Shown here in pieces: positions 24,826 to 35,231 of a stretch of DNA of 64,000 bases. Below the pieces are notes generated by a model, which did no database searches, had not been told where the DNA came from, and saw only the letters and a program-made list of their open reading frames with translations. Numbering within the stretch: the first letter of the stretch is position 1; each line of letters starts with the position of its first letter. The DNA comes from Bacteroidia bacterium. GTDB taxonomy: Bacteria > Bacteroidota > Bacteroidia > B-17B0 > Aurantibacillaceae. The position numbers and the translations under genes were made by a program. The stretch covers positions 10,259-74,258 of the forward strand of contig JBJMLS010000300.1 in the NCBI GenBank assembly GCA_045805185.1. The letters run 5' to 3'.

Positions 24826-27534
24826 ATGGGACTAACGAAATACAGGCAAAAAAGAAATTTTAAAGAATCCCCCGAACCTACGGGTGGAAAAGCAAGATCC
24901 GAAAAACTAATTTTCGTTATTCAGAAACATGATGCCTCTCACCTTCATTATGATTTTCGCCTGGAAATGGAAGGTGTTCTTAAAAGCTGGGCAGTGCCGA
25001 AGGGCCCATCAACCGATCCGGCTATAAAACGCCTCGCCATGATGGTGGAGGATCATCCTTACGATTACCACGATTTCGAAGGGATCATTCCCAGCGGATA
25101 TGGCGCCGGAACGGTTATCGTATGGGACGAGGGAACCTATGAAGCAGATGGCCTGGATGCTACCGACAAAAAAACACAGGATAAGGAATTGCGAAGGCAA
25201 TTGCACGAAGGCAAACTCAAATTCACCCTGCACGGAAAAAAACTCAAAGGGAGCTTTGCTCTGGTAAAAACGAAAGGACGGGGAGAGAACAGCTGGCTGC
25301 TGATCAAGCATAAGGACAAGTATGCTTCAACAGATGATATCCTGAAAAAAGACAGATCGGTGATCTCTAAAAAAACACTGGAGCAGGTGGAAAAGACCAG
25401 CACCAATTATTATGGCGATCAGCGTGTGAAGCGTGCCGCGAAGAAAAGCAGAAAAGCCACCGTATTCGAAGACAAGAAGATCAGGAAGACTGCGACCAAA
25501 ACTCCGCGGGTCAAATCAAAAACTGAAAAAAAAAAGAAAGAGATCCCCGGGAAAACAGCAAAATTTCCAGCTAAGCTCACGCCCATGCTTGCCACCCTGG
25601 TTGATAAGCCCTTTGACAGAGAGGGCTGGCTGTATGAAGTGAAGTGGGACGGCTACCGCGCTCTTGCATTTATGAACAAAGGAAAAGTAGAGCTGCGCTC
25701 CCGGAACGATAAATCCTTTGACGATAAATTTTATCCTGTACATGCTGCTCTGAAGGACTGGGGCATCAATGCCATCGTAGATGGGGAAATTGTGGTGGCC
25801 GACGAAAAAGGTATTTCCAATTTCGGCGCACTGCAAAACTGGAGAAGCGAAGCCGATGGTGAATTACTTTTTTACGCATTCGATATTCTATGGTACGAAG
25901 GAAAGGACCTGATGCAATTGCCGCTCACCGAAAGGAAGGAAGTGCTGAAGGAACTAATTCCATCCGGCGGCATCATCCGCATGAGTGAAAGCTTTAATGC
26001 CTCGGGGCTGGACTTTTTTGAATCCGCAAAACAGGCGGGGCTCGAAGGCATTATTGCTAAAAAAGCCGACAGCAATTATTTTCCGGGAGCGCGTTCCAGG
26101 GAATGGCTGAAGATAAAAGCGAACAAGAGACAAGAAGTAGTGATCGGCGGTTATACCGTTAACGACGGTACATCAAAACCTTTCAGCGCATTACTGGTAG
26201 GAGTTTATGAGAAAGGGAAACTGATCTACGGTGGCAAAGTAGGCACAGGCTTTAACATTAAGACCCAGGAGGAAATGCTGAAGAAATTTAAAAAGCTTGC
26301 AGCAAAAAATCCTCCGTTCAGCTATACTCCCGATGTGAACAAGCCCTCGCGCTTTCGACCCAATCCACCCAATGCAACTGCATATTGGTTAAAGCCCGAG
26401 CTCGTGTGTGAAGTGAACTATGCAGAAATTACCAGCGACGGGATCATGCGCCATCCTTCCTTCGAAGCCCTGCGTGATGACAAGCCGGCGAAAGAGGTGC
26501 ATGAGGACAAAGCCCTGCCGGTAGAAAAAGTTGGCGCAACAAAAAAAAGCAGTACGGTAAAAAAACTCACGGAAACCAAATTCCTCAGACCTGGCGGCGC
26601 AAAAGAACGCAGAACACTTCTTAATCCTTCGGAAGAAACACAGGTGAGGATGATCAACGGCCATGAATTGAAATTCACCAACCTCAGCAAGATCTACTGG
26701 CCAAAAGAAAAGGTAAGCAAGCGCGACATGCTGAACTATTATTACCAGGTGGCGCCCTTTATTTTACCTTATCTGAAGGACAGGCCGCAATCCCTGAACC
26801 GTCATCCGAATGGAATTGACGGGAAAAGCTTCTACCAGAAAGATGTTACCGGCAAGGCTCCGGATTGGGTGGAAACGTATTTGTACCACAGTGACGCGGA
26901 TGACCGTGACAGAAATTATTTAGTGGCGAAGGACGAAGCCAGCCTTTTGTACATGGCATCGCTCGGATGTATTGAGCTAAACCCCTGGAGCAGTCGCGTT
27001 CAAAAGCCAGATCATCCCGACTGGTGCATCATTGACCTGGATCCCGATAAGAATTCCTTTGACCAGGTGGTGGAAGCCGCCCTCGTTACCAAAGAGGTGC
27101 TCGACAGCATGGGTGTTCCTTCCTATCCTAAAACCAGCGGCTCTACCGGCATGCACATATACATACCGCTGGGCGCGAAATATACCTACGAGCAGTCCAA
27201 GGAATTTGCGCGGGTCATTGTTACCTTGGTTCATCGCGAATTACCAAAGTTCACCACCATAGAACGCGCGGTAAAGAACCGCAAAGGAAAAATGTACCTG
27301 GATTTTTTGCAGAACCGCGCACAGGCAACTATTTCGGCGCCTTACTCCTTGCGTCCGAAACCCGGAGCCACTGTCTCCACTCCCCTGCACTGGGAGGAAG
27401 TGAAGAAAGGAATGAAGATGACGGATTACCACATTTTTAATACGATGGAAAGGCTGAAAGAAGTTGGGGATCTCTTTAAGCCGGTGATCGGGAAGGGAAT
27501 TGATCTGGAGAAGGTTGTGGGGTTAGGCCAATAA
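24826..27534 (+). CDS. ligD: ATP-dependent DNA ligase LigD, three-domain form (3'-phosphoesterase - ligase - polymerase/primase)
   Basis: Phosphoesterase block FVIQKHDASHLHYDFRLEMEGVLKSWAVPKGPS. Adenylation motif I EVKWDGYR. Polymerase-domain block LKFTNLSKIYWP...LNRHPNGI...SGSTGMHIYIPL. 902 aa. Confidence 0.93.
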   Translation: MGLTKYRQKRNFKESPEPTGGKARSEKLIFVIQKHDASHLHYDFRLEMEGVLKSWAVPKGPSTDPAIKRLAMMVEDHPYDYHDFEGIIPSGYGAGTVIVWDEGTYEADGLDATDKKTQDKELRRQLHEGKLKFTLHGKKLKGSFALVKTKGRGENSWLLIKHKDKYASTDDILKKDRSVISKKTLEQVEKTSTNYYGDQRVKRAAKKSRKATVFEDKKIRKTATKTPRVKSKTEKKKKEIPGKTAKFPAKLTPMLATLVDKPFDREGWLYEVKWDGYRALAFMNKGKVELRSRNDKSFDDKFYPVHAALKDWGINAIVDGEIVVADEKGISNFGALQNWRSEADGELLFYAFDILWYEGKDLMQLPLTERKEVLKELIPSGGIIRMSESFNASGLDFFESAKQAGLEGIIAKKADSNYFPGARSREWLKIKANKRQEVVIGGYTVNDGTSKPFSALLVGVYEKGKLIYGGKVGTGFNIKTQEEMLKKFKKLAAKNPPFSYTPDVNKPSRFRPNPPNATAYWLKPELVCEVNYAEITSDGIMRHPSFEALRDDKPAKEVHEDKALPVEKVGATKKSSTVKKLTETKFLRPGGAKERRTLLNPSEETQVRMINGHELKFTNLSKIYWPKEKVSKRDMLNYYYQVAPFILPYLKDRPQSLNRHPNGIDGKSFYQKDVTGKAPDWVETYLYHSDADDRDRNYLVAKDEASLLYMASLGCIELNPWSSRVQKPDHPDWCIIDLDPDKNSFDQVVEAALVTKEVLDSMGVPSYPKTSGSTGMHIYIPLGAKYTYEQSKEFARVIVTLVHRELPKFTTIERAVKNRKGKMYLDFLQNRAQATISAPYSLRPKPGATVSTPLHWEEVKKGMKMTDYHIFNTMERLKEVGDLFKPVIGKGIDLEKVVGLGQ

Positions 27535-27575
27535 ACAACTCTTGAGGAGAGTCAGTCATACAATTATTATTTTTC

Positions 27576-28589
27576 TTAATCATTTTTTAAATAAGCTTCT
27601 TCTCTCCCCTTAGTGTGCATTTTTGTTATAGGTCTTGTGCCCCATTGCTCATTAACACTCACTGCAGTTATCTTTACTGCTACTTCAACTCCCTGTACTG
27701 CATTATCATTGGACAAACACATATAGTACATTCCCTTTAAGGGAGCTGCCATTCTCGAATGATCATTAATAACCTTCCCATTTTTATAATAACGAAAAGC
27801 TAACCCAGATGTAAAATTATTTACATTATTACCGTCTACAATATAGAAATCGATGTCTTCACCAGTTTGTAATTGACTGATATAAGAAGCTCCTCCTAAA
27901 GCAAGATTAGCTAATGGTCCATATCCTGGAATCTTTCTCACCAACGGTCCGGCATTTTTTGCAAGTAATTTAGTTGCCTGTTCGTATGCTTCCTGTCCAG
28001 CCTGGTCAACACCAACATAGTAACTCCAAGCAACAGTATTTTCGGGCAAAAGAAAATTAAAAGTAGTTTTATTCCCATTTGCATTCATTGTGGAATGTAC
28101 TTTTGCAACCTGATCCGTAATATTAGTGATCAGTGTATCTGCCTTAATTAGATATTTTTCTTGTTCCGTTGTATAAGTTGTATCATAAACAGTTCGCCAG
28201 TATACACTGCAATTAAAATTCTTAGTAGACTCCCCCGCTGGAATACGTTGGATTTTGAACTTGCAGATTCTTCCCATTATGGCTGAATTAGCAAATCTAA
28301 ACTGGTAAATTCCTGTATGTGAAATATTCAACGTTTTATTCTCGATCTTTTTAGTCTTATAATCCATAAATTTTGATGAAGACGGAAGTTCAATGATTTC
28401 CACTTCTTTCATTTCTTTTTTGTCAACCTCTTCAAAGCTGAATATTATCTGATCTCCCTCAGCAAATCCATAATAAAAAACTTCTTCCTTTAATCCCCCC
28501 ACTTTAAGGGTATTTTCTGCAACATCAATTGCTGTTTGTGCAAAAGATTGATAACTCAAAACAATTAAAACTAAGATAATTTGTTTCAT
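27576..28589 (-). CDS. hypothetical secreted protein (low-GC island gene 2)
   Basis: Signal peptide MKQIILVLIVLSYQSFAQ, from the ATG at 28589. 337 aa. No family recognised. Confidence 0.6.
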   Translation of the reverse strand: MKQIILVLIVLSYQSFAQTAIDVAENTLKVGGLKEEVFYYGFAEGDQIIFSFEEVDKKEMKEVEIIELPSSSKFMDYKTKKIENKTLNISHTGIYQFRFANSAIMGRICKFKIQRIPAGESTKNFNCSVYWRTVYDTTYTTEQEKYLIKADTLITNITDQVAKVHSTMNANGNKTTFNFLLPENTVAWSYYVGVDQAGQEAYEQATKLLAKNAGPLVRKIPGYGPLANLALGGASYISQLQTGEDIDFYIVDGNNVNNFTSGLAFRYYKNGKVINDHSRMAAPLKGMYYMCLSNDNAVQGVEVAVKITAVSVNEQWGTRPITKMHTKGREEAYLKND

Positions 28590-28599
28590 ATTTTCTTTG

Positions 28600-29595
28600 T
28601 TAAATAAATTTTTCAATACTAACTCGTTCAACGGGAACAAAACCAGATGTCTTAATAAATTTCATGTTATGACTGAAATTCTTCATGGAATCAGAAGGGT
28701 CTATATTATTAAGATATAATTTATCCAATGTTTCAGGAGGAACTGCAACAGATAATATAACCTGGTCTTCAATAAGCCCCGTTTGGGTATTCAGTAATTC
28801 ACTCAATGCGTTTACGACAATAAAATCGACTTCAAAATATGCTAATAACTCTCTGGAAATTCTTAAAACAGCACTGCATACGTAATCCTGATAAAGCTCG
28901 TTGAATTTAGCTTGCGGTAATTCTTTTTTTGATAATTTACCAGTTGAAGTTTGCTTAAGAGAATAATTGGGAATAATCTCGGGGCCTTTAATCTTTATAT
29001 CAACAGAAATGGTGTTTGATTGAAAACTGAGTGAAATTTCGGAACCGAGTTCTTTTATGTCATCAAAAGGTTTAAAATACTCAATCGCCAATCGGTATCC
29101 CTCTGGGTCTTTTGAGAGAACCTTGGTCACTATATCCTGCACCTGATCCCATTCATACTTTTCCTTATTATAATTAGCAATTCGTCGCTCGTTCTCCTTT
29201 TTATCTTCCAGTGAGGCAATCTGTACTTTACGTTTAAGACCTTCTATCCTTTTGTTAGTTAGATTAAATAACTTAACAAAAAAAGATGGCCTATAATTAA
29301 TTAAATTATTTTTAGCCAATTCCTCTCTGGATGCCACAATTTCTGGTGGCAAAGGCTTAGCTTCCCTAGCTAATCCTTCCCAAGCAATATAACCGGTACA
29401 GTTTTTATGTAAAGATCGAATTATCTCAACATATTCTTCATATTGCCTTACTGCCTCTGAAGCATTAGTTAATTCCCGAGCTTTTAGTTGAGCTTTATAA
29501 TTTTTTGCCGCCTCTTTGGCTCGTCTCTGCTGATCTCTTTCTGCACGTTTAACTGCAGCGCCGTATGCACGGACAAATTGTTTTACAGTCGCCAT
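28600..29595 (-). CDS. hypothetical cytoplasmic protein with basic coiled-coil N-terminus (low-GC island gene 1)
   Basis: 331 aa. The N-terminus is AAVKRAERDQQRRAKEAAKNYKAQLKARE. The stop is 10 nt upstream of the next gene's start. No family recognised with confidence. Confidence 0.6.
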   Translation of the reverse strand: MATVKQFVRAYGAAVKRAERDQQRRAKEAAKNYKAQLKARELTNASEAVRQYEEYVEIIRSLHKNCTGYIAWEGLAREAKPLPPEIVASREELAKNNLINYRPSFFVKLFNLTNKRIEGLKRKVQIASLEDKKENERRIANYNKEKYEWDQVQDIVTKVLSKDPEGYRLAIEYFKPFDDIKELGSEISLSFQSNTISVDIKIKGPEIIPNYSLKQTSTGKLSKKELPQAKFNELYQDYVCSAVLRISRELLAYFEVDFIVVNALSELLNTQTGLIEDQVILSVAVPPETLDKLYLNNIDPSDSMKNFSHNMKFIKTSGFVPVERVSIEKFI

Positions 29596-29843
29596 TAGAT
29601 TCTATAGTTAATTCTTGAGTAATGTTCATTTTTAGTAAAAATAATATAATTCTATAAACTGACAATACCGCCACCATCTGTCAGTATATTTCCTCAAAAA
29701 CTCCTTCTCTCCCATGTTAAATTCCACTCACGAATACACATTTCCATCCTTCAGCTATTCAAAATCCTTCCTTATCAATTATTACATCCTAAGGTCTTTT
29801 CCTGTATTACTTTTATTGTGTAAAGAAGAGGGGAAGATAAAAA

Positions 29844-30002
29844 ATGAATGATGATGAGAAGAAGGAGATCCTGAGGGAGAACAAAGAAGAGCCATGCCGT
29901 CATCCGAAGCTGGAGGCAGGTAAGGATGAAGGAGAAATTGCCTGTGCTTTATGTGGAAGGATTGTATATTCATGGAAAGCGGCTAAGATCGCGGGGAAGT
30001 AA
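29844..30002 (+). CDS. possible 52-aa Cys-containing mini-protein (below the ORF-track cut-off)
   Basis: Hand translation gives MNDDEKKEILRENKEEPCRHPKLEAGKDEGEIACALCGRIVYSWKAAKIAGK. A purine-rich stretch GAAGAGGGGAAG precedes it. The C-x-H...C-x2-C arrangement could be a zinc knuckle. Confidence 0.25.
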   Translation: MNDDEKKEILRENKEEPCRHPKLEAGKDEGEIACALCGRIVYSWKAAKIAGK

Positions 30003-30004
30003 TG

Positions 30005-30112
30005 TCGCGCAGAGACGCTAAGGCCCAGAGGCTGAGGTGTGTTTGTAGAAGTAGTGATACTGGTGAATTGACTTTCTATAGAGCATGTTAGAAGACTGAG
30101 GTGTGTTTTGTA
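30005..30112. repeat. intergenic repeat of the CGCAGAG family plus a local direct repeat CTGAGGTGTGTTT(T)GTA
   Basis: GCGCAGAGACGCTAAGGCCCAGAGG (30007-30031) closely resembles CGCAGAGACGCTAAGACGCAGAGG at 31498-31520. CTGAGGTGTGTTTGTA at 30032 is repeated at 30096. Confidence 0.5.
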
Positions 30113-30142
30113 CCCTGAACTTAAGGTTGAAGGGATAAACTA

Positions 30143-31102
30143 TTACATCGCTTCCATCACTTCAAAGATCTTATCGGGATAAAATAATTCCCCCGGGCGA
30201 TCGGCTCTGGAGGTAAAACGGATCATTCCATTTTTATCAATTAAAAAAGTAGCCGGCAGAGGGACAAACTCATAATTCTCAGGAGTCCCGGCATCCTTGC
30301 CCTGCAGTTCTACACAAAACTGCTGCGCCACTTTTTGCTTTTCATCCGAAAGCACATGGTAATCGAGGCCGAGCTTTTGCACCATTTCCTTGTTCACTCC
30401 TAATGGATCGGGTCCAATTGAAAGCAAATGAACATTTTGTTCCATGAATTTTTCTTTGTTGCGCTGGTAGGCTCGAAGTGTAATGTGACAGCCGGGACAC
30501 CAATCGCCACGAACAAAAATGATCAGGAGATTTTTTCCTAAAAAGTCTGTTGAAGAAACAGCCCGTCCTTCTTCATCCGGCAAAGTAAAGTCAGGGCATT
30601 TTTTTCCGGCATCAATGAAACCGCTTCCTGCTGCTTTTTGAAGTGCAATGAGGTCCTTAGTGATCAGGAGAGAAAGTAAATTTGAGATCAAAAGAAATAT
30701 TCCCGGGAACAGCCATGCCTGGTAAGCTGCCGGAGTTATAAAATTTGCAACAAGATAAAGGCCAATGGAACAGATTCCCGCAGAGAGCTTGAACCAGGTA
30801 ACACTGTACATGATTTTCGGAAAAAAGATCTGTAAGAACGAATTCTGCGCAGCGGTGATCAGCAACGCAAGCGATAATAAAGGGAGAATGCCCGGTGTGA
30901 AATAAAGCCAGGCCATAATTGCTCCCGGAAGAAATGAGGCAAAGGCAGAAAAGGCCGAACCATTCTTCTTGAATGAAACAATGCCCAGGATCAGCGCAGC
31001 TATGGCAAAAGATTGTCCTGCTATATTCATTCCGGAAAAAAGAAATATAAGTGCAAGGACACTGCAAAGAATGGAAGCTAAGGCGGGGATCTTATATTTC
31101 AT
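30143..31102 (-). CDS. membrane-anchored redoxin (AhpC/TSA-thioredoxin fold) with N-terminal multi-TM domain
   Basis: About five TM helices, then FTLPDEEGRAV...LLIIFVRGDWCPGCH, which is a peroxiredoxin/thioredoxin-like CxxC active site. Confidence 0.8.
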   Translation of the reverse strand: MKYKIPALASILCSVLALIFLFSGMNIAGQSFAIAALILGIVSFKKNGSAFSAFASFLPGAIMAWLYFTPGILPLLSLALLITAAQNSFLQIFFPKIMYSVTWFKLSAGICSIGLYLVANFITPAAYQAWLFPGIFLLISNLLSLLITKDLIALQKAAGSGFIDAGKKCPDFTLPDEEGRAVSSTDFLGKNLLIIFVRGDWCPGCHITLRAYQRNKEKFMEQNVHLLSIGPDPLGVNKEMVQKLGLDYHVLSDEKQKVAQQFCVELQGKDAGTPENYEFVPLPATFLIDKNGMIRFTSRADRPGELFYPDKIFEVMEAM

Positions 31103-31185
31103 ATTTTAAATATATAAAAATATTATCTATCAAAGCATATACGTGTTTAAGGGCGGCATGGATTTATTGAGAGCTTATGTCGGGC

Positions 31186-31645
31186 AGCGACGCAGGGTGC
31201 GCAGAGGTAGGCGTATTGTTTCCCGCTGAGTTTCGCGAGGTCGCGCAGAGTCCCGCAGAGAACTGAAGAATCTGTCGTGCAGAGGTGCTAAGACACAAGG
31301 GAGTTTATTGAAATCAGTTCTCGCGGAGACGCAGGGCGCGCAGAGGTAGGCATATTGTTTCTCGCGGAGTCACGCTGAGTTGTAGGAGGATTATTATTAA
31401 TGAAAATTTTTCCGCGTTCTTTGCGCCTTCTTTGTGCTCTTTGCGGTTAAATAAAAGGTTCTCGCAGAGGCACCTAGGGAATTGGAGCATAGGTCACGCA
31501 GAGACGCTAAGACGCAGAGGCCGGAGAATATTTATTTCTCGCAGAGTTTCGCCGAGTTGGCGCAGAGGCACGCAGAGTTGTAGGGGAATTATTTGTGAAA
31601 AATTCTCCGCGTTCTTTGCGTCTTGTTTGTGCACTTTGCGGTTAA
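31186..31645. repeat. cluster of three degenerate tandem copies of a CGCAGAG-rich intergenic repeat unit (about 70-145 nt)
   Basis: The copies begin GACGCAGGGTGCGCAGAGGTAGGCGTATTGTTTC (31189), GACGCAGGGCGCGCAGAGGTAGGCATATTGTTTC (31328) and GACGCTAAGACGCAGAGGCCGGAGAATATTTATTTC (31502). Copies 2 and 3 both end ...TTCTCCGCGTTCTTTGCG.CT..TTTGTGC.CTTTGCGGTTAA. Confidence 0.7.
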
Positions 31646-31708
31646 TGCACTCCAATAAAAAAGCCTCACATTTTCTGCAAGGCTCTTTTTTTATATTCTT
31701 AATCTCTC

Positions 31709-32599
31709 TTATCCATTCAGCGCTTCCGCTCCTGCAACGATCTCGAGGATCTCGTTGGTGATGGCGGCCTGACGGGCTTTGTTGTAGCTGATCTTGAGGT
31801 CGCGCAGCATGTCCTTGGCGTTATCGGTTGCTTTGTGCATTGCCGTCATACGCGCGCCATGCTCGGATGCGTGTGAATCCAACAGCGCTTTGTAGAATTG
31901 TGTTTTTAAGGAACGCGGAATGAGGTCGCTTACGATTTGTTCCTTACCCGGTTCGAATATATAATCGATGTTCTGACCTTTCTTTGCATCTTTCACTACC
32001 GGAGGCGCTTCAACAGGGAGAAAACGTTCCGCCTGCGTGATCTGCACTGCGGCATTCTTGAACTGGTTGTAAATAAGGTAAACTTTATCAAATTTTCCGG
32101 AAGCGAACGCAGCCATTATTTTCTCGGCTTCGGGAGCCACATTGGCAAAGTTAAGCTGGTTGAACAGCTCATTCATGTTCTGAGGCAATTCTCCGCCTTC
32201 AGGCAATGCATGCTTTGTTTTCTTAAATACATCGTTGCCTTTTTTTCCCACCGACAATACGCTAACGTTTGCGTTTGCATATTCTTCGCGGATCATGATC
32301 CAGGCTTTTTTAATCACGTTGGAGTTAAAGGCGCCTGCGAGTCCGCGGTTAGATGAAATCACCACCAGCAATATCTTCTTTCCTTCAGTAGAACGGGAAT
32401 ACACATTCTCTGCAGAATTAAGGCTTGAGCTTAAGTTCTGGAGGATCTCACGCAGCTTATTGGCATAAGGACGCATCTGCGTGATCGCATCCTGGGCGCG
32501 CTTCAATTTTGCAGCGCTCACCATTTTCATGGCGCTCGTGATCTGCATGGTTGAACCTACCGAGGCGATCCTGTTCCTTACTTCTTTTAAATTTGCCAT
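31709..32599 (-). CDS. atpG: F0F1 ATP synthase subunit gamma
   Basis: MANLKEVRNRIASVGSTMQITSAMKMVSAAKLKRAQ...ITNEILEIVAGAEAL is a canonical gamma subunit. Confidence 0.95.
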   Translation of the reverse strand: MANLKEVRNRIASVGSTMQITSAMKMVSAAKLKRAQDAITQMRPYANKLREILQNLSSSLNSAENVYSRSTEGKKILLVVISSNRGLAGAFNSNVIKKAWIMIREEYANANVSVLSVGKKGNDVFKKTKHALPEGGELPQNMNELFNQLNFANVAPEAEKIMAAFASGKFDKVYLIYNQFKNAAVQITQAERFLPVEAPPVVKDAKKGQNIDYIFEPGKEQIVSDLIPRSLKTQFYKALLDSHASEHGARMTAMHKATDNAKDMLRDLKISYNKARQAAITNEILEIVAGAEALNG

Positions 32600-32610
32600 T
32601 CCTTGTTAAT

Positions 32611-32640
32611 TTAGAATTCAGAATGTTAGAATTCAGAATT
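32611..32640. repeat. tandem TTAGAATTCAGAAT motif flanking the inserted four-helix-bundle gene
   Basis: TTAGAATTCAGAAT at 32611-32624 and GTTAGAATTCAGAATT at 32625-32640. A related GAATTCTTAATTCAGAATT lies on the other side of the gene at 33020-33038. Confidence 0.45.
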
Positions 32641-32650
32641 ATTGATATTA

Positions 32651-33001
32651 CTAAATGAGTACCTTTTGCTTTTTAGAAGAGTTAATAATGGCCACAAGCA
32701 GCTTTATTATTTCTTCAATGTCATTTTTTAATTCCTTATCCAGTTTACAGACTTTTAAATCGATAAGTTCAAACCAATATTGCGTTTCATCTGCTTCCTT
32801 TAAAGCAATTCCCAATTTATTTATGAAATCGGGTTTGCTTACTGCCCTCTGCGCTTCACGCACATTCGCTCCAATCGACAACCCACTTCTGCAAACCTGC
32901 CTGGAAAGAACGAACTTTTTTCTTTGTATTAACTCTTCTTCCAGATCTATTATTTTGCACGCAAACTCAAAAGTTTTCGCCTTAATAATATTCTCCTTCA
33001 T
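32651..33001 (-). CDS. four-helix-bundle protein (23S rRNA intervening-sequence protein family)
   Basis: The family-typical core is SRQVCRSGLSIGANVREAQRAVSKPDFINKLGIALKEADETQYWFELI. 116 aa. It sits between atpA and atpG. Confidence 0.85.
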   Translation of the reverse strand: MKENIIKAKTFEFACKIIDLEEELIQRKKFVLSRQVCRSGLSIGANVREAQRAVSKPDFINKLGIALKEADETQYWFELIDLKVCKLDKELKNDIEEIIKLLVAIINSSKKQKVLI

Positions 33002-33036
33002 AAACGAAATCCCAATTTTGAATTCTTAATTCAGAA

Positions 33037-34617
<1,581 letters not shown>

Positions 34618-34683
34618 CTTTGTTTGTTTTAATGATGAAGCCTCTTCCGCTCCATCGTTTATTTGTTTCGTTTCAATTTAACT

Positions 34684-35229
34684 CTAGCCAGCTACATACG
34701 GATTCTCGGAAAAATTCTTCCGGAGATCATTTAATTTTCGCGCTATACTTGCATCTACCTGCTTATCGCCTATGCGCAGTACAAATCCGCCGATCAGCTT
34801 TTTATCTACTTTTTCGATCAGCTCCACTTCCCCCTGGGAAGTCTGCTTCACCAGGTCCATTACCTTTTTTCGTGTCGCATCATCAATACCCGCAGCCGAG
34901 GTGATCACAGCTGTAAGAATTCTTTTCTGGGCTTTGTATTGCTCAACAAAAGATTTTGCAATATCATCAACGTACATCTCACGACGCTTGTCGGTGATAA
35001 TATCGATAAAGGACATGCTCATATCCGTGATCTTTCCTTTGAATATTTCGTGAAGGATGGATTGCTTCTTGTCCGTTTTAATGATCGGGCTCTCGAGCAT
35101 GATCACAAAATCGTGATTATTCTCCGAAACCTGCTGAACCAGCAGCATGTCCTGGTAAACGGCTTCAAGCTGTCCCTTTTCAACTGCAAGGTCGAGTAAT
35201 GATTTGGCGTATCGTGTAGCTACAATCAT
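34684..35229 (-). CDS. atpH: F0F1 ATP synthase subunit delta (OSCP)
   Basis: 181 aa. The start RYAKSLLDLA and the end LIGGFVLRIGDKQVDASIARKL are typical of OSCP, and the operon position fits. Confidence 0.9.
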   Translation of the reverse strand: MIVATRYAKSLLDLAVEKGQLEAVYQDMLLVQQVSENNHDFVIMLESPIIKTDKKQSILHEIFKGKITDMSMSFIDIITDKRREMYVDDIAKSFVEQYKAQKRILTAVITSAAGIDDATRKKVMDLVKQTSQGEVELIEKVDKKLIGGFVLRIGDKQVDASIARKLNDLRKNFSENPYVAG

Positions 35230-35231
35230 GC

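Noticed and set aside
31186-31645. Possible CRISPR array, because of the repeated units
   Set aside because: The copies are degenerate, of unequal length and directly abutting. They are not identical repeats separated by unique spacers, and there are no cas genes in the window.
31656-31692. Possible terminator after atpG (AGCCT...AGGCT flanked by A and T runs)
   Set aside because: The stem is only 5 bp with a 13-nt loop, which is too weak to call with confidence.
31432-31761. 109-aa plus-strand ORF in the redoxin-atpG spacer
   Set aside because: It is built entirely from the CGCAGAG/TTCTCCGCG repeat units and overlaps the atpG 3' end. The composition (R/C/S/L-rich) is typical of translated repeats, not of a protein.
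31950-31958. GGTTCGAAT, a tRNA T-arm-like string
   Set aside because: It lies inside atpG coding sequence, and no acceptor or anticodon stems can be built around it.
32655-33029. 124-aa plus-strand ORF overlapping the four-helix-bundle gene
   Set aside because: The minus-strand frame matches the four-helix-bundle family core (SIGANVREAQ...LKEADETQYWFELI). The plus frame is Ser/Phe-rich with no motif.
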